A stretch of 46,376 nt of DNA, taken from positions 1 to 46,376 of the forward strand of contig CAMYLB010000133.1 in NCBI GenBank assembly GCA_947259145.1, given 5' to 3'. Each line of letters begins with the position of its first letter. Within the stretch, counting starts at the first letter, position 1. The notes below the pieces were generated by a model. That model searched no databases. It saw nothing but the letters and a program-made list of their open reading frames with translations, and was not told where the DNA came from. This stretch comes from an uncultured Woeseiaceae bacterium (lineage in GTDB: Bacteria; Pseudomonadota; Gammaproteobacteria; Steroidobacterales; Woeseiaceae). A program made the translations under genes and the position numbers. Of the stretch, positions 1 through 10,278 are shown in pieces.

Positions 1-1
1 A

Positions 2-475
2 TTCATAACCACCGGCGGGACTATCGACAAAATCTACTTTGACGACCTCAGCCAGTTCGAGGTCGGGGAATCGCAGGTGCAGCATATCCTCGCCGAGGGA
101 CGTATTGACTTCGATTTTGAGGCTGTGGCGTTGATGCACAAGGACAGTCTCGAGATCGACGACGCCGATCGCGGCAAGCTGCGCGACTTCATCGAGAAGG
201 ACCACGCGAGCTTTTTCGTCATCACACACGGCACGGATACGATGCCGGAGACGGCCGAGGCGTTGCGCGATTTGAAGAATAAGACGATCGTCCTGACGGG
301 CGCCCTGACGCCCGCGCGATTCAAAACGACCGATGCCGTTTTCAATATCGGCATGGCGGTTGCAACGGTGCAGGTTGCCAAGCCCGGCGTGTATATCGCG
401 ATGAGCGGTCAGGTTTTCGAAGCCGGCGCTGTGCGTAAGAACCGCGCGGAGAACCGCTTCGAGAGAATAACGTAG
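2..475 (+). CDS. L-asparaginase-like protein (asparaginase/glutaminase N-domain), 5-prime partial at window edge
   Basis: The frame is open from the first base. Translation FITTGGTIDKIYF... carries the TGGTID asparaginase signature and HGTDTM. Stop TAG at 473-475. Confidence 0.8.
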   Translation, partial: FITTGGTIDKIYFDDLSQFEVGESQVQHILAEGRIDFDFEAVALMHKDSLEIDDADRGKLRDFIEKDHASFFVITHGTDTMPETAEALRDLKNKTIVLTGALTPARFKTTDAVFNIGMAVATVQVAKPGVYIAMSGQVFEAGAVRKNRAENRFERIT

Positions 476-498
476 GAGCGGCCAAGGCCCGCTCCTAC
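472..498. terminator. Hairpin between convergent genes (possible bidirectional terminator)
   Basis: Perfect 10-bp inverted repeat GTAGGAGCGG / CCGCTCCTAC with a 7-nt loop. It covers both stop codons (473-475 and 495-497). There is no U-tract. Confidence 0.35.
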
Positions 499-1924
499 AG
501 GTCGAAATTAATACCCTGTGCCAACGGCAGGAACGGCAGGTCCCGGCCCCAGTTAATCGTGTTGGTCTGGCGGCGCATGTACGCTTTCCACGCGTCGCTG
601 CCTGCTTCACGGCCGCCACCGGTCTCTTTCTCACCGCCGAATGCACCGCCAATCTCGGCGCCGGAGGTGCCGATATTGACGTTGGCGATGCCGCAGTCGG
701 ATCCGCCGCTCGACAGGAAGTACTCCGCGTTTTGCAGGTTGTCGGTGAAGATCGCGGATGACAGCCCCTGAACGACGCCGTTCTGCATCGCGATCGCATC
801 GTCGAGCGTGTCGAACGGTATCAGGTACAGGATCGGGCCGAAGGTCTCATGTTGCACAATCTCCCAGTCGTTCTGAACCACCGCGATTGCAGGTGTAATG
901 AAGTTGCCTGGTCCATCGATGCGCTCACCACCACAAAGGATTTCGCCACCGGCGTCACGGACCGCTTCGCACGCCGCTTCAACAGTCCTCACCGCTGCAT
1001 CATTGATCAGTGGGCCCATCAGTGTGTCGGGATCGAGTGGATCTCCGATACGAACCTGGCCGTAGGCTTTGACCAACGTACTTTTCACTTCGTCAAAGCG
1101 CGAGCGATGCGCGATTACGCGACGTGTCGATGTACAACGTTGCCCGGCTGTGCCGACCGCACCGAAGACGATCGACGGAATGGCAAGGTCAAGATTGGCA
1201 TATTCATCCACGATGATCGCATTGTTGCCGCCCAGTTCGAGCAGGCACTTGCCCAGGCGATTCGCGAGTCGCTCGCCAACGCCGCGGCCAACCCACGTAG
1301 AGCCCGTAAACGAAATCAGGTTGACTCGTTTGTCGTCAACAAATCGTTCAGCGAGGTCATGCGAATCCGTACCGCCGTTGATCAGGAAGAACACGGGTGG
1401 CAGGTCCATCCCTTCGAGTGCCTCGTTGATGATTTTGTGCACGGCTACACCACACAGCGGTGTATTCGATGACGGCTTCCAGACGTTGACGTTTCCGCAG
1501 ATGGCGGCAATACAGGCGTTCCAGGCGTAGACAGCGACTGGGAAATTGAATGCCGAAATCGTGCCGACCAGGCCGAGTGGATGCCATTGTTCGTACATGC
1601 GGTGCTGTGGGCGTTCCGAGTGCATAGTACGACCAGGCTGCCAAGCGCGTCTTTGTGCTTGCGAAGCGCGTTCGCAATGTGACGTACGGCCTCACCACGA
1701 ACCGGGGCAGGCACAGCGCGCCAGGTGAGAAAAGACTCCTGAGCTTTGGCGATGACTTTTTCATATTCCGCTTTCGACGTGGATCGCACGCTCGCGATGA
1801 GTTCGTCAGTTGCCGGATTGACGGATTCGATAATGGCCGCCGACATGTCGGCACTGGACTCGGCACCCAACCAGGTGCCGTCGTTTACGGCGTCGAGTCC
1901 GAGTTGTTTGAGTATTGATTGCAT
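495..1924 (-). pseudogene. amaB: ALDH7-type aldehyde dehydrogenase (alpha-aminoadipic semialdehyde / piperideine-6-carboxylate dehydrogenase), reading frame interrupted near 1626
   Basis: The C-terminal ORF (495-1625) has [35 protein letters not shown] and [24 protein letters not shown]. The N-terminal part (MQSILKQLGLD..., ATG at 1924, GGAGAA RBS) is in another frame. The total of 1430 nt is not a multiple of 3, and the LEMGK...GLSR segment is absent. Confidence 0.85.
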
Positions 1925-2185
1925 AGTTTGTTCTCCGCTGGGCGCGCATTGTGCCAATCTCATGGTGCCCTTGCCACACCCCGTGCGATGTTTGTCATCG
2001 AGAAAAATGCTGGAAAAACAGAGCCCTTGCCAGGCTGCGCGCGGCACTTAAAAAAGCAGTGAAGAAACGATTCCTAAATCGTTGATTACATGAGAAACTT
2101 TTGAGCCCCGCAGTGCGGCATGGCATAGTCCGCGCTTTGCAGGCGCCGAAGTTCATGCGCCCGCCGCCAGAGACAAGCAACGACC

Positions 2186-3429
2186 GTGAGCAGAACCGTA
2201 CCGAAAAACGAATGGCATCCCGCAAGCTGGCAGAGCTTCGACGCGTCCCAACAGGCTGCGTATCCCGACAAAGCCGAGCTGGAGCGCGTTGTCGCCGAGT
2301 TGAGCCGGCTGCCGCCGATCACGACCTCCTGGGAGGTCGACGCGCTGAAGGATCTTATTGCGACGGCCCAGCGCGGTGAGGCCTTTGTCCTGCAGGGCGG
2401 CGACTGCGCCGAGACCTTCGACGAGTGTACCTCCGAGAACATTGTCGACAAGCTGAAGATCCTGCTGCAGATGAGTCTCGTCATGATCTACGGCCTCAAG
2501 AAACCGGTCGTGCGCGTCGGTCGCATGGCAGGTCAGTACGCGAAGCCGCGTTCGGCAGATACCGAGACACGCGAGGGCCAAACCTTGCCGAGCTTCCGCG
2601 GTGACCTCGTTAATCGCAGCGGCTTCACGCCCGACGATCGCATTCCCGACCCGCAGATGATTCTGCGGGGCTATGAAAGAGCGGCGCTAACACTGAATTT
2701 CGTGCGTTCCTTGGTTGATGGCGGGTTTGCCGACTTGCACCATCCCGAGTACTGGGACCTGGGTTGGGTCGGTCATTCGTCGGCGGCCGATGAATACCAT
2801 GCGATCGTCTCATCGATTTCCGACTCGCTCGATTTCCTAGAAACCGTATCGGGACGGCAGTTCCACAACACCCAGCGCGCCGATATTTACGCGGCGCACG
2901 AGGGCCTGCACCTGCATTACGAACAGGCCCAGACGCGCTACCTGGACCGCCGCGAACGCTGGTACAACCTGACGACGCATTTTCCCTGGACCTGGTGCGC
3001 ACTCTGAATCCGCACAACGAGCCTGGTCGTCTTACGTTGATCCATCGCTTCGGTGCGAAGGCGATTGACGATCACCTGCCCGCATTGATTTCGGCTGTCC
3101 GTGAAACGGGCTCACCCGTGCTTTGGGTCTGCGATCCGATGCACGGCAACACCGAGAGCACGGCGGACGGCACCAAAACGCGACGCTTTGACAACGTTAT
3201 TTCCGAGCTGGAATCCGCTTTCCGTGTCCATCAATCGATGGGCAGCTACCTCGGCGGCGTCCATCTCGAATTGACCGGCGAAAATGTCACAGAGTGCACG
3301 GGCGGCGCCCGCGGACTCACCGACGGCGACCTTGCCAGGGCCTACAAGTCGACGGTCGATCCGCGGCTGAACTACGAGCAGGCAATGGAAGTGGCTATGC
3401 GCATCGCGGGGCTCAAGAACGGCACGTAG
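2186..3429 (+). pseudogene. Class II (plant/actinobacterial-type) 3-deoxy-7-phosphoheptulonate (DAHP) synthase, frame interrupted near 2985
   Basis: ORF 2186-3007 (WHPASW..., GGDCAETF, GRMAGQYAKPRS, WYNLTTHFPW) and ORF 2995-3429 (LNPHNEPGRLTLI, CDPMHGNT, HLELTG) are the two halves of one enzyme in different frames. The total of 1244 nt is not a multiple of 3. Confidence 0.85.
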
Positions 3430-3507
3430 CAGGCCGCCCCGGCAGGAGCGCGCCTCCCCATTCGGGGACAATGCCGGCGCGCGAAGACGTTGTCGGCCGC
3501 TGCGCAC

Positions 3508-4065
3508 CTAGAGCGCTTTCCAGGCTTCCTCATTCGAGATCCGGCGGCTCTCACCGGGGCTCAGGCCATCGAGCGACCAGGGCCCGATCGAATATCGAAT
3601 CAGCCGCAGTGTCGGCAAGCCGACAGCCGCCGTCATGCGCCGGACCTGGCGATTTCGCCCCTGGGCCAGGGTGACGGCAATCCAGGAATCCGCCACACTG
3701 GCGCGATAACGAATAGGCGGATCCCGACCCCAAAGATCCTCTGGCGGCTCAAATGGCGCCGCTGACAGGGCTTTCGCCAGGCCGTCCTTCAAATGCATGC
3801 CGCGCAACAGTTCGTTGCACTGTTCCTCGCCCGCTATTCCTTCAACCTGGGCCCAGTAGGTCTTGGGGATTTTTGACCTGGGCTGGCTGATTCGTGCCTG
3901 CAATTTGCCGTCGTCGGTCAGCAACAGAAGGCCTTCGCTGTCGTAGTCGAGCCTGCCGGCCGGGTAGACCTCGGGCACGTCGACGAAATCGGCAAGAGTG
4001 GCGCGTCCCTCGGAATCGCTGAACTGGCTCAGTACCTGGTAGGGCTTGTTGACAAGAATCAGCAC
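3508..4065 (-). CDS. rluE: 23S rRNA pseudouridine synthase RluE
   Basis: Motifs LVNKPYQVLSQF, AGRLDYDSEGLLLLTDDG, GRNRQVRRMTAAVGLPTLRLIRYSIG. It sits divergent from icd as in E. coli. I prefer the GTG start at 4065 (GGGGA 9 nt upstream). GTG at 4098 is an alternative; the ORF-track start at 4188 overlaps icd and is unlikely. Confidence 0.8.
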   Translation of the reverse strand: MLILVNKPYQVLSQFSDSEGRATLADFVDVPEVYPAGRLDYDSEGLLLLTDDGKLQARISQPRSKIPKTYWAQVEGIAGEEQCNELLRGMHLKDGLAKALSAAPFEPPEDLWGRDPPIRYRASVADSWIAVTLAQGRNRQVRRMTAAVGLPTLRLIRYSIGPWSLDGLSPGESRRISNEEAWKAL

Positions 4066-4125
4066 TATTGGTCGTCCCCGACGATCTGTACAATGCACGC
4101 CCACTGAAATCCGGCCGAGAACGAC

Positions 4126-5466
4126 ATGAAATACGACCACATCGAAGTGCCTGCCGACGGCGAGGCCATTGTAGCCAATCCAGACCACTCGCTGGTCGTT
4201 CCCGACACTCCCATCATTCCTGTCATAGAGGGAGACGGCATCGGAATCGACGTGACGCCCGTTATGCTGAACGTCGCAGAGGCCGCCATCGAACAGGCCT
4301 ACGGCGACAAGCGGCAGATCCGGTGGATGCGGGTCTTTGCCGGTCAGCGGGCAGCCGAAGTCTACGGCGACGACGTCTACCTGCCGGACGAAACGCTCGA
4401 TGCGTTGACGCGCTTTGTCGTCTCGATCAAGGGTCCCCTGGCGACGCCGACGGGCGGCGGCATTCGTTCACTCAACGTGGCTATCCGGCAGAAGCTGGAC
4501 CTGTACGCCTGCGTGCGCCCGATTCGCTATTTTCCGGGCGTGCAAACGCCGATGATGGAATCGGACCTGGTCGACATGACCGTGTTTCGCGAAAACACCG
4601 AGGACATCTATGCCGGCATCGAGTACCCGGCCGGCTCACAGGAAGTTCAGAAGCTGATTCATTTCCTGCAAAAAGAGCTGGGTGTTACGAAGATCCGCTT
4701 CCCGGCAAGTTCGGGCATTGGCATCAAACCGGTATCGCGCGAAGGCTCGGAGCGCCTGGTCAGAAAGGCCATTCAATACTGCGTTGATCGCGACTATGGC
4801 TCGGTGACGCTGGTCCACAAGGGCAATATCATGAAATACACCGAGGGCGCGTTTTGCAAATGGGGTTACGAGGTTTCGCGCGCAGAATTCGGTGCGACCG
4901 AAAAGGACGGCGGGCCCTGGCTGGCATTCAAGAACCCGGTGACAGGCCGTGAGATCGTTATCAAGGACGTCATCGCCGACAACTTTCTGCAGCAGATCCT
5001 GCTGCGCCCGGAAGAATACGACGTCATCGCTACGCTGAATCTGAACGGTGACTACATTTCCGATGCATTGGCGGCGCAGGTCGGCGGCATCGGTATCGCC
5101 CCGGGCGGCAACATTGGCGATGGAATTGGTGTCTTCGAGGCAACGCACGGTACCGCGCCGGGATTTGCCGGCAAAAACCGGGTCAACCCGGGTTCATTGA
5201 TCTTGTCGGCTGAGATGATGCTGCGCTACATGGGATGGACCGAGGCGGCTGACCTGATCATCAAGGGCGTTGCCGGTGCTATCGCCAATGCCGAGCTGAC
5301 GTTCGATCTCGCGCGATTGCGCACAGCGATTCGTGCACCGAAACGCAAAGCGAAGACGCACGACAAAAAAGAGGTTGAGAAAGAGCTCGAGAAACTCGTA
5401 CCCGGTGCACGCCTGGTCGGCACGCGAGGCTTCGGCAGGGCGGTCGTACGCCACATGCAAGACTGA
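4126..5466 (+). CDS. icd: NADP-dependent isocitrate dehydrogenase
   Basis: Full-length match to prokaryotic Icd by eye: [77 protein letters not shown]. It carries an extra Lys-rich segment near the C-terminus. Confidence 0.95.
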   Translation: MKYDHIEVPADGEAIVANPDHSLVVPDTPIIPVIEGDGIGIDVTPVMLNVAEAAIEQAYGDKRQIRWMRVFAGQRAAEVYGDDVYLPDETLDALTRFVVSIKGPLATPTGGGIRSLNVAIRQKLDLYACVRPIRYFPGVQTPMMESDLVDMTVFRENTEDIYAGIEYPAGSQEVQKLIHFLQKELGVTKIRFPASSGIGIKPVSREGSERLVRKAIQYCVDRDYGSVTLVHKGNIMKYTEGAFCKWGYEVSRAEFGATEKDGGPWLAFKNPVTGREIVIKDVIADNFLQQILLRPEEYDVIATLNLNGDYISDALAAQVGGIGIAPGGNIGDGIGVFEATHGTAPGFAGKNRVNPGSLILSAEMMLRYMGWTEAADLIIKGVAGAIANAELTFDLARLRTAIRAPKRKAKTHDKKEVEKELEKLVPGARLVGTRGFGRAVVRHMQD

Positions 5467-5469
5467 CGA

Positions 5470-6105
5470 ATGGACGCCGCCGTTTTTGACCGGGACTGCC
5501 GTGCGTGTCCGCGGCTCGCTGCTTTTCTCGATGACGTCAACGGCCGCTACCCGGATTACTACTGTCGCCCGGTGCCGCCGTTCGGCAACGTTGATGCACG
5601 TTTCCTGATCGTTGGGCTTGCGCCCGGCATGCACGGTGCGAACCGTACGGGCCGTCCATTCACGGGCGATCACGCCGGTATCCTGCTTTACCAGATATTG
5701 CACAAATATGGTTTCAGTTCGCGGGAGCATTCGGAATCTGCCGATGACGGCCTGGTGCTGGAGGACTGTCGTATTACCAACGCCGTGAAGTGCCTGCCAC
5801 CCGACAACAAACCGGTTGGCGCCGAGATCAATACGTGCAATAGCTTTCTCGAAAGTGAACTCAAGTTGATGCCGCAGGACTCGGTTGTGATGGCGCTGGG
5901 CGGGATAGCACACAGAGCGATCATCAAAGCACGCGGTTTGCGTCAGGTCGACTACAAGTTTGCGCACGCAGCCGTGCATGATCTCGGTGATTTCCAGCTG
6001 CTCGATTCCTACCACTGCAGTCGTTACAACACGAACACGCGTCGGCTGACCGAGGCAATGTTCGACCGAGTATTTGCAGAGGTACGGAAGTTGCTGCAAG
6101 ACTAG
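5470..6105 (+). CDS. Uracil-DNA glycosylase superfamily protein (family 4/5, UdgB-like, Fe-S type)
   Basis: Motifs GLAPGMHGANRTGRPFTGD, N-terminal CRACPRL and C-terminal HCSRYNT, consistent with cluster-binding UDGs. Confidence 0.75.
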   Translation: MDAAVFDRDCRACPRLAAFLDDVNGRYPDYYCRPVPPFGNVDARFLIVGLAPGMHGANRTGRPFTGDHAGILLYQILHKYGFSSREHSESADDGLVLEDCRITNAVKCLPPDNKPVGAEINTCNSFLESELKLMPQDSVVMALGGIAHRAIIKARGLRQVDYKFAHAAVHDLGDFQLLDSYHCSRYNTNTRRLTEAMFDRVFAEVRKLLQD

Positions 6106-6109
6106 ATTC

Positions 6110-7942
6110 GTGACCGACGAAGCCTTATTTGAAGTTAAGTCCTTTCTGCGCAGCCTGACGCATCGCCCTGGTGTGTATCGCATGCTCGATGCGAAGCACA
6201 ATGTCATTTACGTCGGCAAAGCCCGCGACCTCAAAAAACGAGTATCGAGTTATTTCAATCGAGCACAGGCTTCGACAAAAACTGCGGTGATGATGGAGCA
6301 GGTCGTGCGCGTCGATGTGACGGTAGCGAACACCGAAGCCGAGGCTCTGATTCTCGAATACAGCCTGATCAAGCGGCACAAGCCTCGCTACAACGTTCTA
6401 CTGCGTGACGACAAGAGCTATCCCTATATTCACGCGTCTACCGACAGCCGCTTTCCGCGCCTTCGATTTCATCGTGGCCCGCGACGCGGCAAAGGCCGTT
6501 ACTTCGGTCCGTATCCCAGCACGCGCGCGGTGCGGCAAACGCTGAAGGAGCTGGAGAAACTGTTTCTCATTCGAAACTGCGAGGAGAGTTTCTTCAGCAA
6601 TCGTACCCGGCCTTGTTTGCAGTACCAGATAAAGCGCTGCACTGCGCCGTGCGTCGACTTGATTTCCGAAGAGCAGTACCGCAAGGACATTGACGCTGCG
6701 ATCCAGTTTCTCGAGGGCAAGAATAAATCCGTCGTCGATTCCTTTGTGAAACGCATGGAACACGCTGCAGGATCGCGCGACTACGAACAAGCGGCCCGGT
6801 TTCGGGACCAGATATCGCGGCTAAAGGAAATCGAGGCACGGCAGCTTGTGAAGCGCAGCGACCACAAAGATCTCGATATCCTAGGCTTCGCTTCGAACGG
6901 CGCAATGCACTGTGTTGCGGTCATGTTCATACGCAACGGATCGATTATCGGTAGTCGCGACTATTTCCCACGGCTGCCTGGTGAAACCGACAAACAAAAA
7001 ATTCTCAACGCGTTTGTTGCGCAGTATTACCTGGGCCGCGACGCACCGGCCGAAATTGTGATCGAACTGGAAATCGATGACGCTGAGCTGTTGCAGCAGG
7101 AGCTGGCGCTGCGTGCCGGTCATAAAGTGGCAATTCGATGCCGTGTTCGCGGCGATCGGGCGCGCTGGTTGACCATGGCGAAGACCAACGCTGAGCAAGG
7201 TCTCAGCATGAAAGCCGCGAGCAACGCGACCATCCGGCGGCAGTTCGCAGCGCTCGGTGAAGCTTTAAAGCTCGAGGAACCGCCACAGCGGCTAGAGTGT
7301 TTCGATGTCAGTCACACCTCGGGTGAGGCGACGGTTGCATCCTGTGTGGTTTTCAATACGGCAGGACCGATGAAAAGCGATTATCGGCGCTTCAATCTGA
7401 GCCCGGCAGCCGCAGGCGACGATTATGGCGCGATGGCCGAGGCACTGCGACGCCGTTATGAACGTATCAAGAAAGGCGAAGTGCCAATGCCCGATGTCCT
7501 GTTCGTGGACGGCGGCAAGGGGCAGCTCGCCGCGGCAATGACAATTCTTGATGAACTCGAGCTGGACTGGCTGAGCGTGGTCGCGGTCGCCAAGGGCAGG
7601 GCGCGACGACCGGGGACAGAACGCCTGTTTCGGCCGGGGGACGACAAACCGCTGGAACTCGCGGCCGACTCGCCGGCACTGCTGCTCATTCAGCAAATCC
7701 GCGACGAAGCGCATCGCTTCGCGATTACCGGTCATCGGCAGCGGCGCGGCAAGGCACGGACAACATCACGTCTGGAACAGATTGCCGGGCTGGGACCGAA
7801 GAAGCGACGCGAATTGCTGCGCCAGTTTGGTGGACTGCAGGGTGTGATCAGTGCAGGGGTAGACGATCTCGTGCAGGTGCGTGGGATTAGTCGCAAGCTG
7901 GCCGAAACCATATACAATGACCTGCATCTGGAAAACCAATAA
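6110..7942 (+). CDS. uvrC: Excinuclease ABC subunit C
   Basis: GIY-YIG N-terminus (PGVYRMLDAKHNVIYVGKARDLKKRVSSYF), a UVR domain and C-terminal (HhH)2. The GTG at 6110 gives an N-terminus aligned to E. coli UvrC. The ORF-track start at 6074 overlaps the upstream gene. Confidence 0.93.
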   Translation: MTDEALFEVKSFLRSLTHRPGVYRMLDAKHNVIYVGKARDLKKRVSSYFNRAQASTKTAVMMEQVVRVDVTVANTEAEALILEYSLIKRHKPRYNVLLRDDKSYPYIHASTDSRFPRLRFHRGPRRGKGRYFGPYPSTRAVRQTLKELEKLFLIRNCEESFFSNRTRPCLQYQIKRCTAPCVDLISEEQYRKDIDAAIQFLEGKNKSVVDSFVKRMEHAAGSRDYEQAARFRDQISRLKEIEARQLVKRSDHKDLDILGFASNGAMHCVAVMFIRNGSIIGSRDYFPRLPGETDKQKILNAFVAQYYLGRDAPAEIVIELEIDDAELLQQELALRAGHKVAIRCRVRGDRARWLTMAKTNAEQGLSMKAASNATIRRQFAALGEALKLEEPPQRLECFDVSHTSGEATVASCVVFNTAGPMKSDYRRFNLSPAAAGDDYGAMAEALRRRYERIKKGEVPMPDVLFVDGGKGQLAAAMTILDELELDWLSVVAVAKGRARRPGTERLFRPGDDKPLELAADSPALLLIQQIRDEAHRFAITGHRQRRGKARTTSRLEQIAGLGPKKRRELLRQFGGLQGVISAGVDDLVQVRGISRKLAETIYNDLHLENQ

Positions 7943-7960
7943 CAAGTAAAGAGCAGCCCG

Positions 7961-8524
7961 TTGAAACTGAACCTCGCCAACCTTTTGACCCTGTTTCGTA
8001 TAGCGGCAATACCAGCCGTGGTCATCTGTTTTTACAGCCCGATTCCGAACGCTCGGCCGATTGCGGCCATTCTTTTCGGTATAGCAGCGATTACGGACTT
8101 CATCGACGGCTGGGTCGCACGCCGCTTCAATCAGACCTCGCGATTCGGCGAATTCCTCGATCCGGTTGCGGACAAGCTCATGGTGGCCATCGTGCTTGTC
8201 ATGCTGGTGCAGGCCGAATCCGGCTGGTTTGAGGACATTATCGCCATGATTATAATCGGGCGGGAAATCACGGTCTCGGCGCTGCGGGAATGGATGGCCA
8301 CAATCGGTGAACGCGCAAACGTCAAGGTCTCGATGGCCGGCAAGGTCAAAACCACGCTGCAAATGTTCGGTATTGCATTCATGGTCTATAAGAACCCGAT
8401 GTTTGGCATTGATATCTACGCCGTAGGCTTCGTGCTGCTGGTTCTGGCGGCAATTATGACGATCTGGTCCATGATCATCTATATGAGGGCGGCCTGGCCC
8501 TTCATAATGAGTGATCAGTCCTGA
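7961..8524 (+). CDS. pgsA: CDP-diacylglycerol--glycerol-3-phosphate 3-phosphatidyltransferase
   Basis: NLLTLFRI..., DFIDGWVARR...SRFGEFLDPVADK (CDP-alcohol phosphatidyltransferase motif). Sits directly after uvrC as in E. coli. TTG start. Confidence 0.92.
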   Translation: MKLNLANLLTLFRIAAIPAVVICFYSPIPNARPIAAILFGIAAITDFIDGWVARRFNQTSRFGEFLDPVADKLMVAIVLVMLVQAESGWFEDIIAMIIIGREITVSALREWMATIGERANVKVSMAGKVKTTLQMFGIAFMVYKNPMFGIDIYAVGFVLLVLAAIMTIWSMIIYMRAAWPFIMSDQS

Positions 8525-8552
8525 AGGAATTCGAAAAAGGCGGTTCTCTGCC

Positions 8553-8580
8553 TTGACAGGCGGGCGCAACTGACTAGAAT
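8553..8580 (+). promoter_or_regulatory. Sigma-70-like promoter for tRNA-Gly
   Basis: TTGACA (8553-8558), a 16-nt spacer, TAGAAT (8575-8580), then a GC-rich discriminator CTCGTCCC. The tRNA starts at 8601. Confidence 0.6.
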
Positions 8581-8600
8581 CTCGTCCCTCTGTAGGTTTA

Positions 8601-8675
8601 GCGGGTGTAGCTCAGCGGTAGAGCATCACGTTGCCAACGTGAGGGTCGTGAGTTCAATCCTCATCACCCGCTCCA
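8601..8675 (+). tRNA. tRNA-Gly (anticodon GCC)
   Basis: Cloverleaf read by eye: acceptor GCGGGTG/CACCCGC, anticodon loop TTGCCAA, T-loop GTTCAATCC, encoded CCA. Confidence 0.93.
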
Positions 8676-8765
8676 ATTGAACAAAGGGCTGCCCCCCGGA
8701 CAGATCAACGTCGTGCCTGCTGATATCATCGCCCGTGTTCCATTGAACAGAGAGGGATAGCGACG

Positions 8766-10229
8766 GTGCAGCCCGAATACTTTGATGTCGTCATTGTCGG
8801 CGCAGGCCTGTCCGGCATTGGTGCAGCCTGTCACTTGCAGCACGACTGTCCGGGCAAGAGCTACGTCATTCTCGAAGGCCGCGATGCTATGGGCGGCACC
8901 TGGGACCTGTTCCGTTACCCAGGCATTCGCTCGGACAGCGACATGCACACCTTGGGCTATAACTTCAAACCCTGGCGCGACTCGAAAGCCATTGCCGACG
9001 GGCCGTCCATTCTCAACTACGTGCACGAAACTGCTGCCGAGCACGACATTGACCGGCACATTCGTTACGGGCACCGCATTGTCAAAGCCGCCTGGTCCAG
9101 CGAGGAGGCCTGCTGGACACTGGAAGTTCGTCGGTCCGACGCGAATCAGAGTGTTAACGTCCGCTGCAACCTGCTCCTGATGTGTTCCGGCTACTATCGC
9201 TACGAGCGTGGTCATACGCCGGAGTTCGAAGGTCGAGAGCGCTTTCAGGGGCGAATCGTACATCCGCAGCTGTGGCCGCAGGATCTCGACTACCGTGACA
9301 AAAAGGTGGTCGTCATCGGCTCAGGCGCAACAGCGATGACGCTGGTACCGGCGATGGCGAAACAGGCGGCGCACATCACGATGCTGCAGCGTTCGCCGAC
9401 TTATGTACTGTCACAGCCAGATACGGACTGGATCGCCAATATCCTGGGCAAGGTGCTGCCGCCGAAAATGGCCTACGCGATTACGCGCTGGAAGAACATC
9501 ACAATTCAGCAGTGGATTTACCGCCGCACGCGCACCTCGCCGGACAAGGTCAAGCGAACCCTGCTCAAATGGGTCCGCAAGGAGCTGGGCAAAGACTACG
9601 ACGTCGATAAACACTTCACGCCGGACTACAACCCCTGGGACCAACGGCTGTGCCTCGTTCCGAACGGTGACCTGTTCGTTGCGATTCGCTCAGGCAAGGT
9701 GTCCGTCGTTACCGACCAGATCGAAACTTTTGTCGAAAACGGCATTCGCCTGCAGTCCGGTGCGGAACTCGATGCCGATATCATCATTACGGCAACTGGA
9801 CTCGACCTGCTGGTACTCGGCGGCGTGCAGTTCGCCATCGACGGCAAGCCGGTCGATTTTTCCGAGACCTATACGTACAAAGGCATCATGTCGTCGGGCG
9901 TGCCGAACATGATGTCTACGTTCGGTTACATCAATGCGTCCTGGACGCTGCGTGCCGATCTAACGGCCGAGTATTTCTGCCGGGTCGTGAACCACATGGA
10001 CGCGGGCGGTTACCAACAGTTCACACCGCAATTGCGTGCCGAAGACGCGGATATGCAGCCGCGTCCCTGGATTACGGATTTTTCTCCTGGCTATATGCAG
10101 CGTGGGCTCGATCGGCTGCCGAAGCAGGGCGATCGCGAACCCTGGATCAATCCCCAGAACTACCAGCTCGACAAGAAGATGTTTCTCAAGGGAGAAATAG
10201 ACGACGGCGCATTGGTGTTCCGTCAATAA
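8766..10229 (+). CDS. Flavin-dependent Baeyer-Villiger-type monooxygenase (EthA-like)
   Basis: FAD motif VGAGLSG, BVMO fingerprint FQGRIVHPQLWP, second dinucleotide motif VIGSGATA. The 487 aa length resembles EthA. GTG start. Confidence 0.85.
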   Translation: MQPEYFDVVIVGAGLSGIGAACHLQHDCPGKSYVILEGRDAMGGTWDLFRYPGIRSDSDMHTLGYNFKPWRDSKAIADGPSILNYVHETAAEHDIDRHIRYGHRIVKAAWSSEEACWTLEVRRSDANQSVNVRCNLLLMCSGYYRYERGHTPEFEGRERFQGRIVHPQLWPQDLDYRDKKVVVIGSGATAMTLVPAMAKQAAHITMLQRSPTYVLSQPDTDWIANILGKVLPPKMAYAITRWKNITIQQWIYRRTRTSPDKVKRTLLKWVRKELGKDYDVDKHFTPDYNPWDQRLCLVPNGDLFVAIRSGKVSVVTDQIETFVENGIRLQSGAELDADIIITATGLDLLVLGGVQFAIDGKPVDFSETYTYKGIMSSGVPNMMSTFGYINASWTLRADLTAEYFCRVVNHMDAGGYQQFTPQLRAEDADMQPRPWITDFSPGYMQRGLDRLPKQGDREPWINPQNYQLDKKMFLKGEIDDGALVFRQ

Positions 10230-10278
10230 TACATGGGCCGAATAACACCTTGACGCTGCGTGGCGCAGAACCGGCTGG

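Noticed and set aside
4068-4787. 239-aa plus-strand ORF in an alternative frame of icd
   Set aside because: It is an extremely Arg-rich out-of-frame translation of icd. The icd frame is unambiguous.
5194-6207. 337-aa ORF on the minus strand
   Set aside because: It lies entirely antisense to the 3-prime end of icd and to the UDG gene, both of which have strong family motifs. It has no recognisable motif and looks like a typical shadow ORF of GC-rich DNA.
7766-8569. 267-aa ORF on the minus strand
   Set aside because: It is antisense to the uvrC end and to all of pgsA. It has His/Arg-rich odd composition and no motifs.
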